Below, one piece after another: positions 47,599 to 57,636 of a stretch of 64,000 bases of DNA; position 1 is the first letter of the stretch, and each line of letters starts with the position of its first letter. The stretch comes from an uncultured Bacteroidales bacterium (lineage in GTDB: Bacteria; Bacteroidota; Bacteroidia; Bacteroidales; DTU049). The notes beneath the pieces are model-generated. The model saw only the letters and a list, made by a program, of their open reading frames with translations, searched no databases and was not told the DNA's origin. The DNA is taken from assembly GCA_964388575.1 (NCBI GenBank), contig CAYMAZ010000016.1, forward strand, positions 929-64,928. The letters are read 5' to 3'. Both the position numbers and the translations under genes were made by a program.

Positions 47599-48453
47599 TC
47601 AAAAAGATACCAATTTTATTAACAGAAGAATCGGTACAATTTCGACGGTGCAAAAGTACAAAAAAAAGTAATATGCACGATATTGTTTGAGTGTTTTTGC
47701 TGAAATAAATGCTTTAACAATCCTGATTCCTTCAGTCAAAACAGCCATGGGAATGATGGAGTAGTACAGTTGATTATTTGGAAAATAGATACTTAAGGGC
47801 AGTACAATCATTAAACCAAAAAGCAAAAATGTATAGTGTACCTGAATATTCCTTATCTGCTCTTCAACAGCTGATTTTGAATTGAAAACAGAAGCTGAGA
47901 ATATCATCAGACCATGCCGGATAGCAATGTACAGGATAATGGCTGATAAAATAATCCCATAGCGGAACAACAGAAAAACATAATCAGAACCTGAATATTT
48001 CTGAATCAGAAAATCTGTAGCCAGTGCAAAAATCAGAATATAAGCTGGTGTCGTAAGAAAAAACATATTGTGTAGCAAACTTCCTGTATCTCTGAGCCAC
48101 AACCGGAACTTTGTAAATGAAATAAGGGATTCATAAAATTGTTTCAGAGATTTCCAGTAAAGTATTTTAACTAAAAGAATCAGTAACAGTGCAATTGTTA
48201 GTAAAATAAACGGAAAGAAATTTTGACTGTCGGTTCTCTTGACAAATTGCTTTTCAAGCCCCTGATTTCGAGTAAGGTATTTAATGTACAATTTTTCAGA
48301 GTGATCAATACTGACACTTTCAGTATCCTGATCAGTCAGAGGTTGTATGTTGAAAATAAATTCATCCGGAACCAAGTCTTCAGACTGTTTCATTTTCCTG
48401 AGTGTAGACTCAGGGACAGAATCGGGAAGAATAAATTGATATTGTGAAGCCAT
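47599..48453 (-). CDS. DUF4271-like multi-pass membrane protein
   Basis: 284 aa with about 6 TM segments. The call rests on its position upstream of the HemD-like gene. Confidence 0.55.
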   Translation of the reverse strand: MASQYQFILPDSVPESTLRKMKQSEDLVPDEFIFNIQPLTDQDTESVSIDHSEKLYIKYLTRNQGLEKQFVKRTDSQNFFPFILLTIALLLILLVKILYWKSLKQFYESLISFTKFRLWLRDTGSLLHNMFFLTTPAYILIFALATDFLIQKYSGSDYVFLLFRYGIILSAIILYIAIRHGLMIFSASVFNSKSAVEEQIRNIQVHYTFLLFGLMIVLPLSIYFPNNQLYYSIIPMAVLTEGIRIVKAFISAKTLKQYRAYYFFLYFCTVEIVPILLLIKLVSF

Positions 48454-48621
48454 GGAGTACTCAGATGTTGCAAAATTAAAGAATTATTGGCATTTTAAAT
48501 GATGGCATCATTTGATATTCTGATAAAATGCAAGAACTTCTCACAGATAAAATTCGTTAAAATTGATGCAGAACCGGATAAAAAAAATATGTAAGTTTGA
48601 AATCCAAAAAAAACAGGTTAT

Positions 48622-50217
48622 ATGGCATCATCCAGAAAATTTCCACACACATGGCTGATCATCTTTATTCTGATCGTGATTTCTGCCACTCTCACATGGT
48701 TTATTCCGGGAGGAGAATACGTTGAAATTGACACACCGGAAGGAAAGGAGTTGCAATACCAGGGAGTCGACAGTCAGGTACAGACTTGGGAAATTTTTTC
48801 TGCTTTTTTCAAAGGTTTCAACAAACAAAGCGGGATCATCATTTTTATTTTGATGATTGGAGGTGCATTTTGGATTATGAATCACTCAAAAGCCATTGAT
48901 GTGGGTATCATGTCATTTCTAAGAAGAGCACGAAAATGGGAAAGAATCAGATTTTTAAAAAAACTTGGTGTCGACAATATCATTATGTCAATGATTATGC
49001 TTGTTTTCGGAATTTTTGGAGCTGTTTTTGGAATGAGTGAAGAAACAATTGCATTTGTAATTATCCTCGTTCCCCTGGCTATTTCCATGGGATATGACTC
49101 TGTTGTCGGGGTCTGTCTGGTTTATGTTGCCGCACATGTGGGGTTTGCCGGTGCAATCTTGAATCCATTTACAATAGGAATCGCTCAGGGATTGGCCAAT
49201 GTTCCACTGTTTTCAGGTTTTGAATACAGAATATTCTGTTTTCTTGTGTTGATGACACTTACGATCGTTTGGATTTTAATTTATGCCCGAAAAATTAAAA
49301 GAAATCCACAAAAATCAATCATGTATGAAGAAGATGAATACTGGCGTAAACGTGAAACTGTTAACACTGATCAGTTCAAATATGAAACAACAGCTGCTTC
49401 CTGGGTTGTTTATCTTTTGATTCAGATTGTTTTGATTGTTTTTGCTATTATATATCCAGACACAACACTTTCTATCGGAGATCCTGATGCTGCTGATTCT
49501 CTGAAACTACATTTCCCTGCAATTCCGCTTCTTGCAGGATTGTTTATTACAAGTATCCCATTGTTGCGAAAATCCTATCACTTTTTTATTCTGAATATTC
49601 TGTTTTTTACTATTTTGTTTCTAATTGTGGGTGTCATGGGATATCAATGGTACATTATGGAAATTGCAACGTTGTTTTTTGCAATGGGAATCGCTTCGGG
49701 AATTGCAATGAACAAATCAGGCAATGGGATTGTCAGACTTTTTATTGAGGGGGCAGCCGATATTTTACCTGCAGCAATGGTTGTGGGTCTTGCAGGAGGA
49801 ATTATTGTGATTTTGGAAGACGGAAGAATCATTGCAACACTGCTTTACAAAATGGCATCCATCATGGATGGGACAGGTCAGGTGGCAAGTGTGGGGGCAA
49901 TGTATGTTATACAGGCTGTCATTAATGTTGTTATTCCCAGTGGTTCAGCCAAAGCAGCATTAACAATGCCGATCATGGCTCCTTTTTCTGATCTTATCGG
50001 CTTATCAAGACAGGCAACCATTGTTGCTTTTCAGTTTGGCGACGGATTTACAAATATGATTACACCAACTTCTGGTGTGCTGATCGGAGCCCTCGGTATT
50101 GCCCGAATTCCTTTTCATAAGTGGTTCAGATGGGTGGTTCCTTTTGTCATTACTTTGCTGATCCTTGGTTTTTTGCTGCTTTTGCCAACTGTATTGATGG
50201 AACTTCCTGGTTTTTAA
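48622..50217 (+). CDS. YfcC/DcuC-like anion or amino-acid carrier
   Basis: 531 aa and polytopic. The N-terminus (KFPHTWLIIFILIVISATLTWFIPGGEY) is typical of YfcC-family proteins. Confidence 0.75.
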   Translation: MASSRKFPHTWLIIFILIVISATLTWFIPGGEYVEIDTPEGKELQYQGVDSQVQTWEIFSAFFKGFNKQSGIIIFILMIGGAFWIMNHSKAIDVGIMSFLRRARKWERIRFLKKLGVDNIIMSMIMLVFGIFGAVFGMSEETIAFVIILVPLAISMGYDSVVGVCLVYVAAHVGFAGAILNPFTIGIAQGLANVPLFSGFEYRIFCFLVLMTLTIVWILIYARKIKRNPQKSIMYEEDEYWRKRETVNTDQFKYETTAASWVVYLLIQIVLIVFAIIYPDTTLSIGDPDAADSLKLHFPAIPLLAGLFITSIPLLRKSYHFFILNILFFTILFLIVGVMGYQWYIMEIATLFFAMGIASGIAMNKSGNGIVRLFIEGAADILPAAMVVGLAGGIIVILEDGRIIATLLYKMASIMDGTGQVASVGAMYVIQAVINVVIPSGSAKAALTMPIMAPFSDLIGLSRQATIVAFQFGDGFTNMITPTSGVLIGALGIARIPFHKWFRWVVPFVITLLILGFLLLLPTVLMELPGF

Positions 50218-50269
50218 TGAATTATTTAGTCTTAATACAATACAATTAAAATTGAGAAGAGGAAGTGTA

Positions 50270-51412
50270 ATGAAAAGAATTATATGGTTATTGATTTATT
50301 GTCTCTCATTTTCTTCAGCTTTTTCCCAGACTGCATCAACAGTCAGTGACGGAAACTGGCTGAATCCTGTAACCTGGGATTGTATGTGTGTGCCACTTCC
50401 CGGATATTCAATCACCATCAATCATCAGATTCTGATAGAAATTGATTTTGCCTATACAAGTGGTGAGATTGTTATAAACGCAGGTGCCAGTCTTCAGGAA
50501 AGTACACCGGGAGGGGATTTATGGGTTTCGGGAACAGGGTACTTAAGCAATTCAGGTCATCTTGAGATCAGTAATATTCATTATGAGGGAAATAATGGCT
50601 CTTTGATGAATGCCGGTTCTATTCAGTCAGTCAATATGCTTCTGACAACGGGATTGGATAATATCGGGCATATTGTAACTGACAGCTTATACAACAACTT
50701 ATTTCTGACGAATTACGGTATGATAGAAACAACAGCATTGACCAATGTCGCGATGTTCATAAATTCAGGCGGACTTCGGTTTACAGACTATACAAACAAT
50801 GGGGATTTTCAGAATGTAGGCGGAATTTGCACAGGGACTCATAATATGTGGAATCAGGGTAAAATCATCAATCACACATATTCTGAAATTGAGATTGGAC
50901 ACAATCTTCTGAACAGCAATCAGCAAACATTCGATGCTTTGATTGAAAACAATGGGTTGATGTTTGTTGGGAACAATTTTTATAATGTGGATACAATCAG
51001 AGGCGTATCAGGATATGTGGAAGTTGGAGATTCCTCTGTTAATTCAGGGTTTATGCTGGGAACATTTGACTTTTGTGATTTGACACCACCGGTATCTGTC
51101 CCTTTTGTTGACATCAATTTCGGAACCATTGGGCCAGGAATAAGCTGGTGTCAACAACAGAACATCGCTGAAAGCCAGGTACAAAAAATTGTGTTTTTTC
51201 AGAATCCGGTTGAGGATATTCTATATGTGTCAATACCTTGTATAAACAATTGTGAAATTCGGATATTTGATAATTCCGGTCGCGAGGTATACAGAAAAAC
51301 TGAATCAGATAAAAACCCGATCGTTGATGTTTCATGGCTACATACAGGGACATATACATTTAGCCTGAAAACCGGAACTCAAATCCGGTCATATGTTTTC
51401 ATAAAACGATGA
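50270..51412 (+). CDS. T9SS-sorted secreted protein, unknown function
   Basis: 380 aa from the ATG at 50270 with a signal peptide, repetitive N.G.I/L beta-helix-like motifs, and a type-A CTD (FFQNPVEDILYV...GTYTFSLKTGTQIRSYVFIKR). Confidence 0.75.
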   Translation: MKRIIWLLIYCLSFSSAFSQTASTVSDGNWLNPVTWDCMCVPLPGYSITINHQILIEIDFAYTSGEIVINAGASLQESTPGGDLWVSGTGYLSNSGHLEISNIHYEGNNGSLMNAGSIQSVNMLLTTGLDNIGHIVTDSLYNNLFLTNYGMIETTALTNVAMFINSGGLRFTDYTNNGDFQNVGGICTGTHNMWNQGKIINHTYSEIEIGHNLLNSNQQTFDALIENNGLMFVGNNFYNVDTIRGVSGYVEVGDSSVNSGFMLGTFDFCDLTPPVSVPFVDINFGTIGPGISWCQQQNIAESQVQKIVFFQNPVEDILYVSIPCINNCEIRIFDNSGREVYRKTESDKNPIVDVSWLHTGTYTFSLKTGTQIRSYVFIKR

Positions 51413-51443
51413 TTTCAGGTTCAGGATGAAGAAAGTCAGGATA

Positions 51444-52280
51444 TTATTTCTTAGATTTATGATGTCGTTTGGCCAAATCTTCATTGGAAGTAACAGGAAT
51501 TTTACGAGAAGCAATAATGAAGAAGATCCCAATGATTACAAAGGGAATACTTAATATTTGTCCCATATTCAGCATCATGTCCTGTTCAAAGCCAACCTGA
51601 ACTTCTTTCATGAATTCAACCAAGAATCTGGCTCCGAATACCAGGATAAGGAACCATCCAATCATCAGACCTCTAGGTGTTTCAGTTTTTTTTCTGTTGT
51701 AAAGAATCCATAAAAATCCGAAAATCAAAAGGTAGCACAGTGCTTCATAAATCTGTGTGGGATGTTTTGCCACAAATTGACCGTCACGTACAAAAATAAA
51801 TCCCCATGGAAGGGTTGTTTCATGTCCATATATTTCAGAATTCATCAGATTTCCAAGCCTGATAAATGCACCTGCAAGGGCTGTTGCCAGACTCATTCTG
51901 TCAAGGATCCAGACATATCTCGGGATTTTCTTTCCTGAGTAAAACCACAACACGATGAACAATCCAATCGTTCCCCCGTGACTTGCCAATCCTCCTTCCC
52001 ATACTTTGAGCATATCGAGAGGGTTTTTTAGGTAATACGTTGGTTCGTAAAAAAAAATATGTCCAAGACGGGCTCCAACAATTGCACCGATAAAGACCCA
52101 CACAGAAAGTATGTCAACTTCTTCGACAGGGATGCCTTCTATCCTGAAAAATCGTTGAAAAATATAATAACCGGTAATAAATCCCAGAACAAAAAGTAAT
52201 CCGTAATATCTAACAGTAACAGGACCGATAGAAAACAATTCAGGAGAAACATCCCATGTGATGTATAATAAATTGTGCAT
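51444..52280 (-). CDS. lgt: Prolipoprotein diacylglyceryl transferase, copy 1
   Basis: 278 aa with the motifs GARLGHIFFYE, VWEGGLASHGG, RLGNLMNSEIYG, and HPTQIYEAL. Confidence 0.9.
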   Translation of the reverse strand: MHNLLYITWDVSPELFSIGPVTVRYYGLLFVLGFITGYYIFQRFFRIEGIPVEEVDILSVWVFIGAIVGARLGHIFFYEPTYYLKNPLDMLKVWEGGLASHGGTIGLFIVLWFYSGKKIPRYVWILDRMSLATALAGAFIRLGNLMNSEIYGHETTLPWGFIFVRDGQFVAKHPTQIYEALCYLLIFGFLWILYNRKKTETPRGLMIGWFLILVFGARFLVEFMKEVQVGFEQDMMLNMGQILSIPFVIIGIFFIIASRKIPVTSNEDLAKRHHKSKK

Positions 52281-52305
52281 GAATTTTTTTTACAAAGTTA
52301 GAAAT

Positions 52306-53118
52306 TTATGATGAATCAGAATTTATTGTTTGCTGTTTTGTTAAGGAAACATGCCATACCAGTATTATTCCCGTAAGGATAAAAGGCACACTGAGTAATT
52401 GTCCCATGTTCAGAAACATGTTTTCTTCAAAAGCAACCTGTGGCTGCTTAAAAAATTCTATCAAAAACCGGGAGCTGAATGAAAGAATCATTAACCATCC
52501 TGTCATGATACCTGCGGGCATAGTTTTCTTTTTAGTGTTATACATTAAGAGAAGAACAATAAATATTGAGAAATAGGCTAATGCTTCATAGATTTGTGTA
52601 GGATGTTTTGCAATTGTTTCTCCTTTTCTTACAAAAATAAAACCCAACCGCATCCGGGTTTCAATTCCGTATATTTCAGAATTCATCAGGTTTCCAATTC
52701 TAATTAATGATGCAGCAAGTGCTCCCGGAATTGTGACTCTGTCGAGAAGCCAAAGTAATTTCCATTTTTTTTTGCGTGAATATAACCAGAAAAACAGCAA
52801 CAGAGCAATCACAGCACCATGGCTTGCAACTCCACCTTCCCAGACTTTAAGGATTTTGGAAGGATTATTCAGATAATAAACAGGTTCATAGAAGAAAACA
52901 TGTCCCAGACGTGCTCCAAGAACCGCAATAACAAATGACCAGATCACCAGATTGTTGACTTCATCTGCCGAAACTCCTTCAATACGGAAAAGACGCTTTA
53001 ATATGAAATATCCAACTATAAATCCAAGCACAAACAAAATACCATAGTATTTGAGTGTGACAGTGCCAACCGAAAAGATATCGGGGGAAACGTCCCATGA
53101 AATTTGCAATAATTGCAT
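52306..53118 (-). CDS. lgt: Prolipoprotein diacylglyceryl transferase, copy 2
   Basis: 270 aa, roughly 60% identical by eye to copy 1 with the same motifs (GARLGHVFFYE, VWEGGVASHGA, RIGNLMNSEIYG, HPTQIYEAL). Confidence 0.9.
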   Translation of the reverse strand: MQLLQISWDVSPDIFSVGTVTLKYYGILFVLGFIVGYFILKRLFRIEGVSADEVNNLVIWSFVIAVLGARLGHVFFYEPVYYLNNPSKILKVWEGGVASHGAVIALLLFFWLYSRKKKWKLLWLLDRVTIPGALAASLIRIGNLMNSEIYGIETRMRLGFIFVRKGETIAKHPTQIYEALAYFSIFIVLLLMYNTKKKTMPAGIMTGWLMILSFSSRFLIEFFKQPQVAFEENMFLNMGQLLSVPFILTGIILVWHVSLTKQQTINSDSS

Positions 53119-53148
53119 TTTGCTCTTTTTTTGAACAAAAATATGAAA

Positions 53149-54078
53149 TTATTCTTTTTTTCTGGCAAGAGTTTCGGTGAAAGTAATAACAGTCATTCCG
53201 AGGAGAATAAAGCCGATAGCGATAAAAAGACCTGCATTTGACTCTGAAGGGAATGTCCAGAGGTATTTCTCAACGATTTTATCACCGCTTCTACTAAGTA
53301 TCAGTTCTCCAGCAGCATTGGATTTCCAGACAGGAACTTTCCATGGCCAGATGATCAGCAGAGAACCGAACATAAATCCGGAAAGCAGAGAAATCGTCTG
53401 ATTGCGGAATTTTTTAAATATCCAGGCCAGAATATACGAAAATACAAGTAATCCTGCCCCAGCTCCGATAATGACAGGAAGCAATATGCTGAAATCAGCT
53501 TCGTTCACTGCGTGTATCATAACCAATTCGTAATTTCCCATGAGCACAAGCACAAAAGAACCGCTGAGGCCAGGAAGAATCATACTGCACGCAGCCACAG
53601 CACCGCAGATTATCAGATACACAATGTCTCTGTTTTCTCCCATTGGTTTGAGTAAAGCCATTGAAACAGCGATGGTTGTCCCGAAGATAAAGAACAAAAT
53701 CACAGCCGGTGACCATTTCTTTACGGTTTTGGCAACAAACCATACTGAAGCTAAAACAAGTCCGAAAAAGAAAGCCCAGACATAAACAGGATAATGTGCA
53801 AAAAGATACTCCAACAGTCTGGCAATTGAAACGATTGCTGTGAAAATTCCAAGTCCAAGAGCAATCATAAACAACAAGTCTGTATAAGTGAACCATTGAG
53901 AAAATTTTCCATGGAAAAGCAGCTTCATTGAATTGATGCTGAATGTATTTTTGATCGCATTGATGATACGCTCAAAGATGCCGGTAATTAATGCAATTGT
54001 TCCGCCGGAAACACCGGGAATAACATTGGCAGCCCCCATGGCAAGCCCTTTAAGAAAGAAGACCACAGATTTCAACAT
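53149..54078 (-). CDS. DUF368-family membrane protein (family reported as undecaprenyl-phosphate translocase)
   Basis: 309 aa with the motifs GAANVIPGVSGGTIALITGIFE and ILPGLSGSFVLVLMG. Confidence 0.85.
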   Translation of the reverse strand: MLKSVVFFLKGLAMGAANVIPGVSGGTIALITGIFERIINAIKNTFSINSMKLLFHGKFSQWFTYTDLLFMIALGLGIFTAIVSIARLLEYLFAHYPVYVWAFFFGLVLASVWFVAKTVKKWSPAVILFFIFGTTIAVSMALLKPMGENRDIVYLIICGAVAACSMILPGLSGSFVLVLMGNYELVMIHAVNEADFSILLPVIIGAGAGLLVFSYILAWIFKKFRNQTISLLSGFMFGSLLIIWPWKVPVWKSNAAGELILSRSGDKIVEKYLWTFPSESNAGLFIAIGFILLGMTVITFTETLARKKE

Positions 54079-54089
54079 GTGGAGAAGTA

Positions 54090-54878
54090 TTATTTGGAAG
54101 GGATTGATTTGAAATCTTCTGGAAGAAAGTCGAAAAATGTATCACCGCGAAGCCCAAGTCTCAGTGTCTCCAATGAAATGACTTCCCCTGGTGCAATATT
54201 ACCGAGATTTACATCTGATCCAAATTGCTTGATAAACCAAACCTGCTGTCCCTTGTTCGGTGCTTCCCACAAAATTCTGGATTCATCTGTCTGAGACCTG
54301 ATGAGCTCAATCAACCCTGTTTTTGGTTTTCCTGAGGAGTCATAAATTCCCACGTTACCACCTTCACGGGCTTCTGCAATGACCCATGATGATCCGGCCT
54401 TCATTTCAAGATTCATTTGTCTTACCCATTCTTCATCAGAAAGGACAACATCAGTCTGCTTGCTTCCAACTTCAGACAATACTGTAAAATGTGCTGAGAA
54501 ATCTGATATAATTTCAAGTTTCAGTTCATGAGGCATAGTGAGAGAACCATCAGATATTTCCACATGATCAACACCGAATTTTCGACAAATCTGAATGTAA
54601 TCCTCAATGACATTTCTGATCAGAAAAGCTTCAAACAATGTTCCTCCAAAATGTACGCGGATTCCTGCTTTCTGGTAAGTTCTGATTTTATCAGACAGCT
54701 GGTTGGTAATCAATGAAGTACCGAACCCGAGTTTAACAAAATCGATAAGATGGCCGGATGATGAAATCAGTTGTTCTGCTTCCTGAACACTGAGTCCTTT
54801 GTCCATAACCATTGTCAGGCCCTTTTTACGTGGTTTGTTGTCCCTGTGTGGGAGATTCGGTATTTGAAAATTTCTCAT
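54090..54878 (-). CDS. Phosphosulfolactate synthase (ComA-family)
   Basis: 262 aa with PRKKGLTMVMDKGL and IDFVKLGFGTS, a TIM-barrel pattern typical of the (2R)-phospho-3-sulfolactate synthase family. Confidence 0.75.
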   Translation of the reverse strand: MRNFQIPNLPHRDNKPRKKGLTMVMDKGLSVQEAEQLISSSGHLIDFVKLGFGTSLITNQLSDKIRTYQKAGIRVHFGGTLFEAFLIRNVIEDYIQICRKFGVDHVEISDGSLTMPHELKLEIISDFSAHFTVLSEVGSKQTDVVLSDEEWVRQMNLEMKAGSSWVIAEAREGGNVGIYDSSGKPKTGLIELIRSQTDESRILWEAPNKGQQVWFIKQFGSDVNLGNIAPGEVISLETLRLGLRGDTFFDFLPEDFKSIPSK

Positions 54879-54891
54879 AATAACTTGATGA

Positions 54892-56313
54892 TTAAAGGTA
54901 TTGGTTTAAAATATCAATGATTTTCCTGTTTTTTTGTAAAAGCGGATTATAAAGAAAAAGTAACTCATAGCTTTTGGGATCTATTGTTAATGCAGATTGT
55001 AGACGGGTGCTCCCCTCTGCATCCAACCCTCCTTCAAAACTTATTGCTGCTGCGCGATATAAAATTTCTACATTTTCAGGATTATGAAAGATTGCTTCGT
55101 CCAGTACTGAAAGTGCTTCAGAATAATCGTTAAAATATTCAGTAAGCATCCCACTCAGTGAAAGCCATGCATTTACATCTTCGGAATTCAGGGAGAGTCC
55201 TTTTCTGAAGGAATCAACGGCCTGTGAATACAGTTCAAGCTGTTCCGCTAAATAGGCTTTGAACAGCCAAAGATCTGCAACATCATCATAATCCTCAATA
55301 ACCCGGTTAATTTGTTTATATGCTGATGTAAACCTGTCAATTCCTGCGTATGCATAAGCAAGACCAAGGTGTGCATCTGTCATTTCTCCATCAAGGCTGA
55401 TGGCTTTATGAAAATGATGAATCGCTGTTTTGTAGTCTTTCTTCTGAGAGTAACAATAGGCAATGTAACTATGGATGGATGCATCGTTTTTTTCATATTC
55501 CAGAACACTTTTGTAAACATTGATTGCACTATCAATTCGGTTAAGGGCAGAAAGGGCAGATCCCATTTTTATGGCAGCTGTTGTAAACCTCGGCTCAATG
55601 GCAAGCACAAATTCAAAACATTCAATTGCTTTTTCAAGCAATCCCGTACCATAGTATAGTGTTCCCAGGTTGAACCATGCATAAGTGTTAAACGGCTCGT
55701 TGTCAATAAGTTTCATAAAAAAGATGATGCCTTCTTCTTCTCTTCCGAGAATGTTGTAGCAATAGGCAAGAGAAGACATTGCCTCTGAATTTCCTGAGTG
55801 AAAACGAATAAGTTCTTTGAGATAGTGAATCATTTTATGGTGTTGTCCGGCATCATCCAGGGCATCCACAATCTGTTGCATGACAAGTTGTTTTTCATCC
55901 TGTTCTACATATTTGAGAGCAGTTTCAAGATAATGAACAGCATCTGCCTGTTTGCCTGTGTCTGAAAGAATTTCTCCAATTGATATCAAGGCTTCTATAT
56001 TATCCGGCTGGTCTTTCAGGATGTTTTTCAGCATGATTATGGCTTTCGGTGAACGACCTGTTGCGTGATAATAACGACACTGATATACCAGCATTTCTGT
56101 GTTATCAGGATATTGGCTTAATCCCAGATCAAGAGCTCTTCTGGCATACTGCAGCTGTGAAGTCATGATATAATAATCAATCAGCTCAATCAACTCATCG
56201 GCATCGAAGAATGATGTCTGATGGTTCTGCATCATCTGCTCAAAACGGGATAAAAGCTCAGAAAGAAAGTCATCTGAATGATTTCCGTCCATATGATCGT
56301 TATCGTTATTCAT
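54892..56313 (-). CDS. Tetratricopeptide-repeat protein
   Basis: 473 aa with repeated 34-aa A..Y...G....A......AL pattern throughout. Confidence 0.8.
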   Translation of the reverse strand: MNNDNDHMDGNHSDDFLSELLSRFEQMMQNHQTSFFDADELIELIDYYIMTSQLQYARRALDLGLSQYPDNTEMLVYQCRYYHATGRSPKAIIMLKNILKDQPDNIEALISIGEILSDTGKQADAVHYLETALKYVEQDEKQLVMQQIVDALDDAGQHHKMIHYLKELIRFHSGNSEAMSSLAYCYNILGREEEGIIFFMKLIDNEPFNTYAWFNLGTLYYGTGLLEKAIECFEFVLAIEPRFTTAAIKMGSALSALNRIDSAINVYKSVLEYEKNDASIHSYIAYCYSQKKDYKTAIHHFHKAISLDGEMTDAHLGLAYAYAGIDRFTSAYKQINRVIEDYDDVADLWLFKAYLAEQLELYSQAVDSFRKGLSLNSEDVNAWLSLSGMLTEYFNDYSEALSVLDEAIFHNPENVEILYRAAAISFEGGLDAEGSTRLQSALTIDPKSYELLFLYNPLLQKNRKIIDILNQYL

Positions 56314-56602
56314 CTTTTAAAAATTCGATGCAAAGATACGATTTTTTGGCAGATGCATCAAAATTCAAGACTTAACTTACGCCAATTCTACTGATAAAAA
56401 AATACCCAAACAAGTTGTACAGCGTGCAAATTATGAGGTTGTTCAAAAGTTGGTCGATCCAAAATATAAAAATACTTAAGTTCAAATTCATTATAGGAAA
56501 ATTCATATTATGAACTGAACGAAGGGATAATGTCATATGATAAATTCGTTTTTTAAGAACCAAGCATATTTTCAGATCATTAAAGAAAAAATTCCTTTAA
56601 AT

Positions 56603-56635
56603 TTTGTTTTGATATTAAAAAATGTATTAACTTTG
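56603..56635 (+). promoter_or_regulatory. Bacteroidota-type promoter for greA
   Basis: TTTG at 56603-56606 and TAACTTTG at 56628-56635 with a 21-nt spacer. Confidence 0.4.
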
Positions 56636-56641
56636 CAAAAA

Positions 56642-56680
56642 ACAAGGAGGCACTGGTTGTCTTCTTGTTTTATTTTTTCA
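56642..56680 (+). promoter_or_regulatory. Terminator-like hairpin plus T-run in the greA leader
   Basis: A 9-bp stem (56642-56650 pairs with 56660-56668, including 2 G-U pairs) with a 9-nt loop, then TTTATTTTTT. It lies between the predicted promoter and the greA ATG at 56702. Confidence 0.4.
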
Positions 56681-56701
56681 AAAAGCTTGGAGGAACATAA
56701 A

Positions 56702-57184
56702 ATGAGCAAACCTGTTTATTTTACAAAAGAAGGTCTTCAGAAACTGAAGGAAGAGCTGGAGCATCTACAAACAGTAGAACGGAATAAAATTTCCCAGCAA
56801 ATAGCAGAAGCCAGAGACAAGGGCGATTTATCAGAAAATGCAGAATATGATGCAGCCAAAGATGCTCAGGGAATGCTTGAACTAAAAATTTCAAAACTTC
56901 AGGAAGCAATCACCAAAGCCAGAGTGATTGATGAGTCAAAGATGACAAATTCTGAAGTGAGACTTTTTTCAACAGTGAAAATCAGAAATGTGAAAACCAA
57001 AGCAGAATTCACATACTCACTTGTTTCGGAGAATGAGGCAAATTTAAAGGAAGGGAAAATTTCAGTCACTTCTCCTATTGGCAATGGTCTGTTGGGAAAA
57101 AAAGTAGGAGAAATTGCCGAAATTAATGCTCCAGCCGGAGCAATGCATTTTGAGGTTCTTGATATTAAAGTTATGGAGTTATGA
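56702..57184 (+). CDS. greA: Transcription elongation factor GreA
   Basis: 160 aa from the ATG at 56702 (MSKPVYFTKEGLQKLKEELEHL...) with DLSENAEYDAAKD. GGAGG lies 9 nt upstream of the start. Confidence 0.92.
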   Translation: MSKPVYFTKEGLQKLKEELEHLQTVERNKISQQIAEARDKGDLSENAEYDAAKDAQGMLELKISKLQEAITKARVIDESKMTNSEVRLFSTVKIRNVKTKAEFTYSLVSENEANLKEGKISVTSPIGNGLLGKKVGEIAEINAPAGAMHFEVLDIKVMEL

Positions 57185-57576
57185 CCAGCATTTTTTCAAA
57201 AATTGTAAAAAGGGAGATTCCCGCTTACATCGTTTATGAAGATGAGCTCTGTCTGGCATTTCTTGATATCAATCCGCTTGCAGCAGGACATACGTTGATT
57301 ATTCCAAAAAAGGAAGTTGACTACATTTTTGATCTTGATAAACATTCATACACAGTATTGATGCTAGCTGCACAAAAAGTTGCAAAGGCAATAGACCAAT
57401 GGACAACAGCCAAAAGGGTCGGAATTGCTGTGATTGGTCTCGAAGTTCCCCATGCACACATTCATCTGGTGCCAATCAATGGCATACATGATATTGATTT
57501 TGCAAAGCCAAAGTTAAAGTTTACTCCAGAGGAGTTTCAACAAATCTGTATTGAAATTTCTGCAAATATCCAGTAA
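57181..57576 (+). CDS. HIT-family (histidine triad) nucleotide hydrolase
   Basis: 131 aa with the HAHIHLVP triad. It overlaps greA by 4 nt. Confidence 0.9.
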   Translation: MTSIFSKIVKREIPAYIVYEDELCLAFLDINPLAAGHTLIIPKKEVDYIFDLDKHSYTVLMLAAQKVAKAIDQWTTAKRVGIAVIGLEVPHAHIHLVPINGIHDIDFAKPKLKFTPEEFQQICIEISANIQ

Positions 57577-57636
57577 AGGGATACTGAAGTGTCACTGTGA
57601 CAGAAGAAGATTTATAACAATTCAGGAACTTCTAAT

